Positions 63,141-64,000 of a stretch of 64,000 nt of DNA are shown here, piece after piece. Within the stretch, counting starts at the first letter, position 1; the number at the start of each line of letters is the position of its first letter. The notes beneath the pieces are model-generated. The model worked only from the letters and a program-made list of their open reading frames with translations, ran no database searches and was not told the DNA's origin. A program made the translations under genes and the position numbers. The DNA comes from Macrostomum lignano (Eukaryota), in NCBI GenBank assembly GCA_002269645.1, contig NIVC01001059.1:62001-126000 (forward strand), written 5' to 3'.

Positions 63141-63718
63141 TGGTGGCCGCTCTCGTTGCCTATCGAAGAATCGAAGAGTATCTGCTCAAGCAGCACGGAA
63201 ACAATTCCAACGGAGAGTGCGAGAGATGCTTAAAGTCCTGGCAGCAGCGAATTCCGCTTTCCCTCACTGTTGAGCTTAGCCTGGCCGCGCACACAGCGTC
63301 TTATTCTGCTCGCTGCGATCCGCGCTCCAACAGAGACAGTCTTAGAGGAGTTGCTGGCCGGAGCAGAAGCCGTGGGAGGAGGGGCTGGCAGGCAGGGAGT
63401 GGTGGACCAAGCGGAGAGCCGGCAGTTGGTGCGGGGGGCAGAAAGTCGCCGCTGTTGGCAAAAAAGGCTTCTCCTGGTTGCTGGGCAGTGGGGAGCCGCG
63501 GCGAGCTGTGGGTTGGCCGAGCCTCTCGGACCGCTGGACAGGGAGGGGGCGGGGGGCGCAGCTCCTCTCCTGAGCTCTGGCGTCTACCAGCATTTTTGCC
63601 GCTGCAGAGCTGGCGCTGCGGCTGCCCCGCGCGGACTCGTGCAGGTGTTTTCGGTGCCGAATTGATTATTTTGTGCCGTAGCCAAAAATGCGCCTCCACC
63701 CACCGTCATTGCTGGGTG

Positions 63719-63720
<2 letters not shown>

Positions 63721-63750
<30 letters not shown>
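63721..63750. repeat. (CAG)10 microsatellite
   Basis: Direct reading. Confidence 0.9.
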
Positions 63751-63751
<1 letters not shown>

Positions 63752-64000
63752 TCTACTCGGGGCTCCTCAACTTCAACGTCGCGGACAGCACCGCGCATCC
63801 CATAAAGTCTGCTGTGGCAGGATCGATCGCTCCGGGATAGTGGGGGAGGGTGCTGGAGTTGCTGGTGCAGCGCTGGGGGGGGGGCTGACTGGCTCGCATT
63901 CTTGCCGCTCTGCGTGTGGCACTGACAAGGCGCTGTTTGCGTCTAATCGCAACTCTCTGCTGCCCGAGACATATTTGGGAGCGAAGGGGGGCAGCAGCGG

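Noticed and set aside
63122-63840. + strand ORFs upstream of the vWA gene, including a short poly-Gln ORF at 63688
   Set aside because: GC-rich promoter or UTR-like sequence with no recognisable domain; could belong to a gene beyond the window but is unsupported here.

Overview
Eukaryotic (metazoan) genomic DNA with GC3-rich exons, many 70-110 bp GT-AG introns and introns/intergenic space packed with private mini- and microsatellites. The style suggests a free-living flatworm such as Macrostomum, which is my inference and not demonstrated. I assembled six protein-coding genes by hand from splice sites and reading-frame phase. (1-3) Three tandem + strand insulin-like peptide genes (3399-3885, 5683-6336, 10267-11699) share a 3-exon layout, an 8-Cys framework and an 11-aa C-peptide. 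(4) A complete 9-exon P2C Na+/K+-ATPase alpha-like gene on the - strand (16009-25233, 1024 aa) has D926N, lacks the C-terminal YY and reads GDGVSD instead of GDGVND. (5) A single-exon neuropeptide precursor (26568-27299) encodes 18 copies of a WxRGSRL-amide and lies head-to-head with the pump. (6) A ~1470-aa secreted protein on the - strand (35363-63140) has 3 vWA domains, CXCXC silk-like, TIL-like and unassigned 4-Cys repeats and a Lys/Glu tail; its tail exon appears to be joined across a 20.7-kb intron filled by ~295 copies of a 70-bp repeat. Most long ORFs in the supplied track are tandem-repeat artefacts. No RNA genes, CRISPR arrays or recognisable transposases were seen. No database searches were run; gene models need RNA-seq confirmation.
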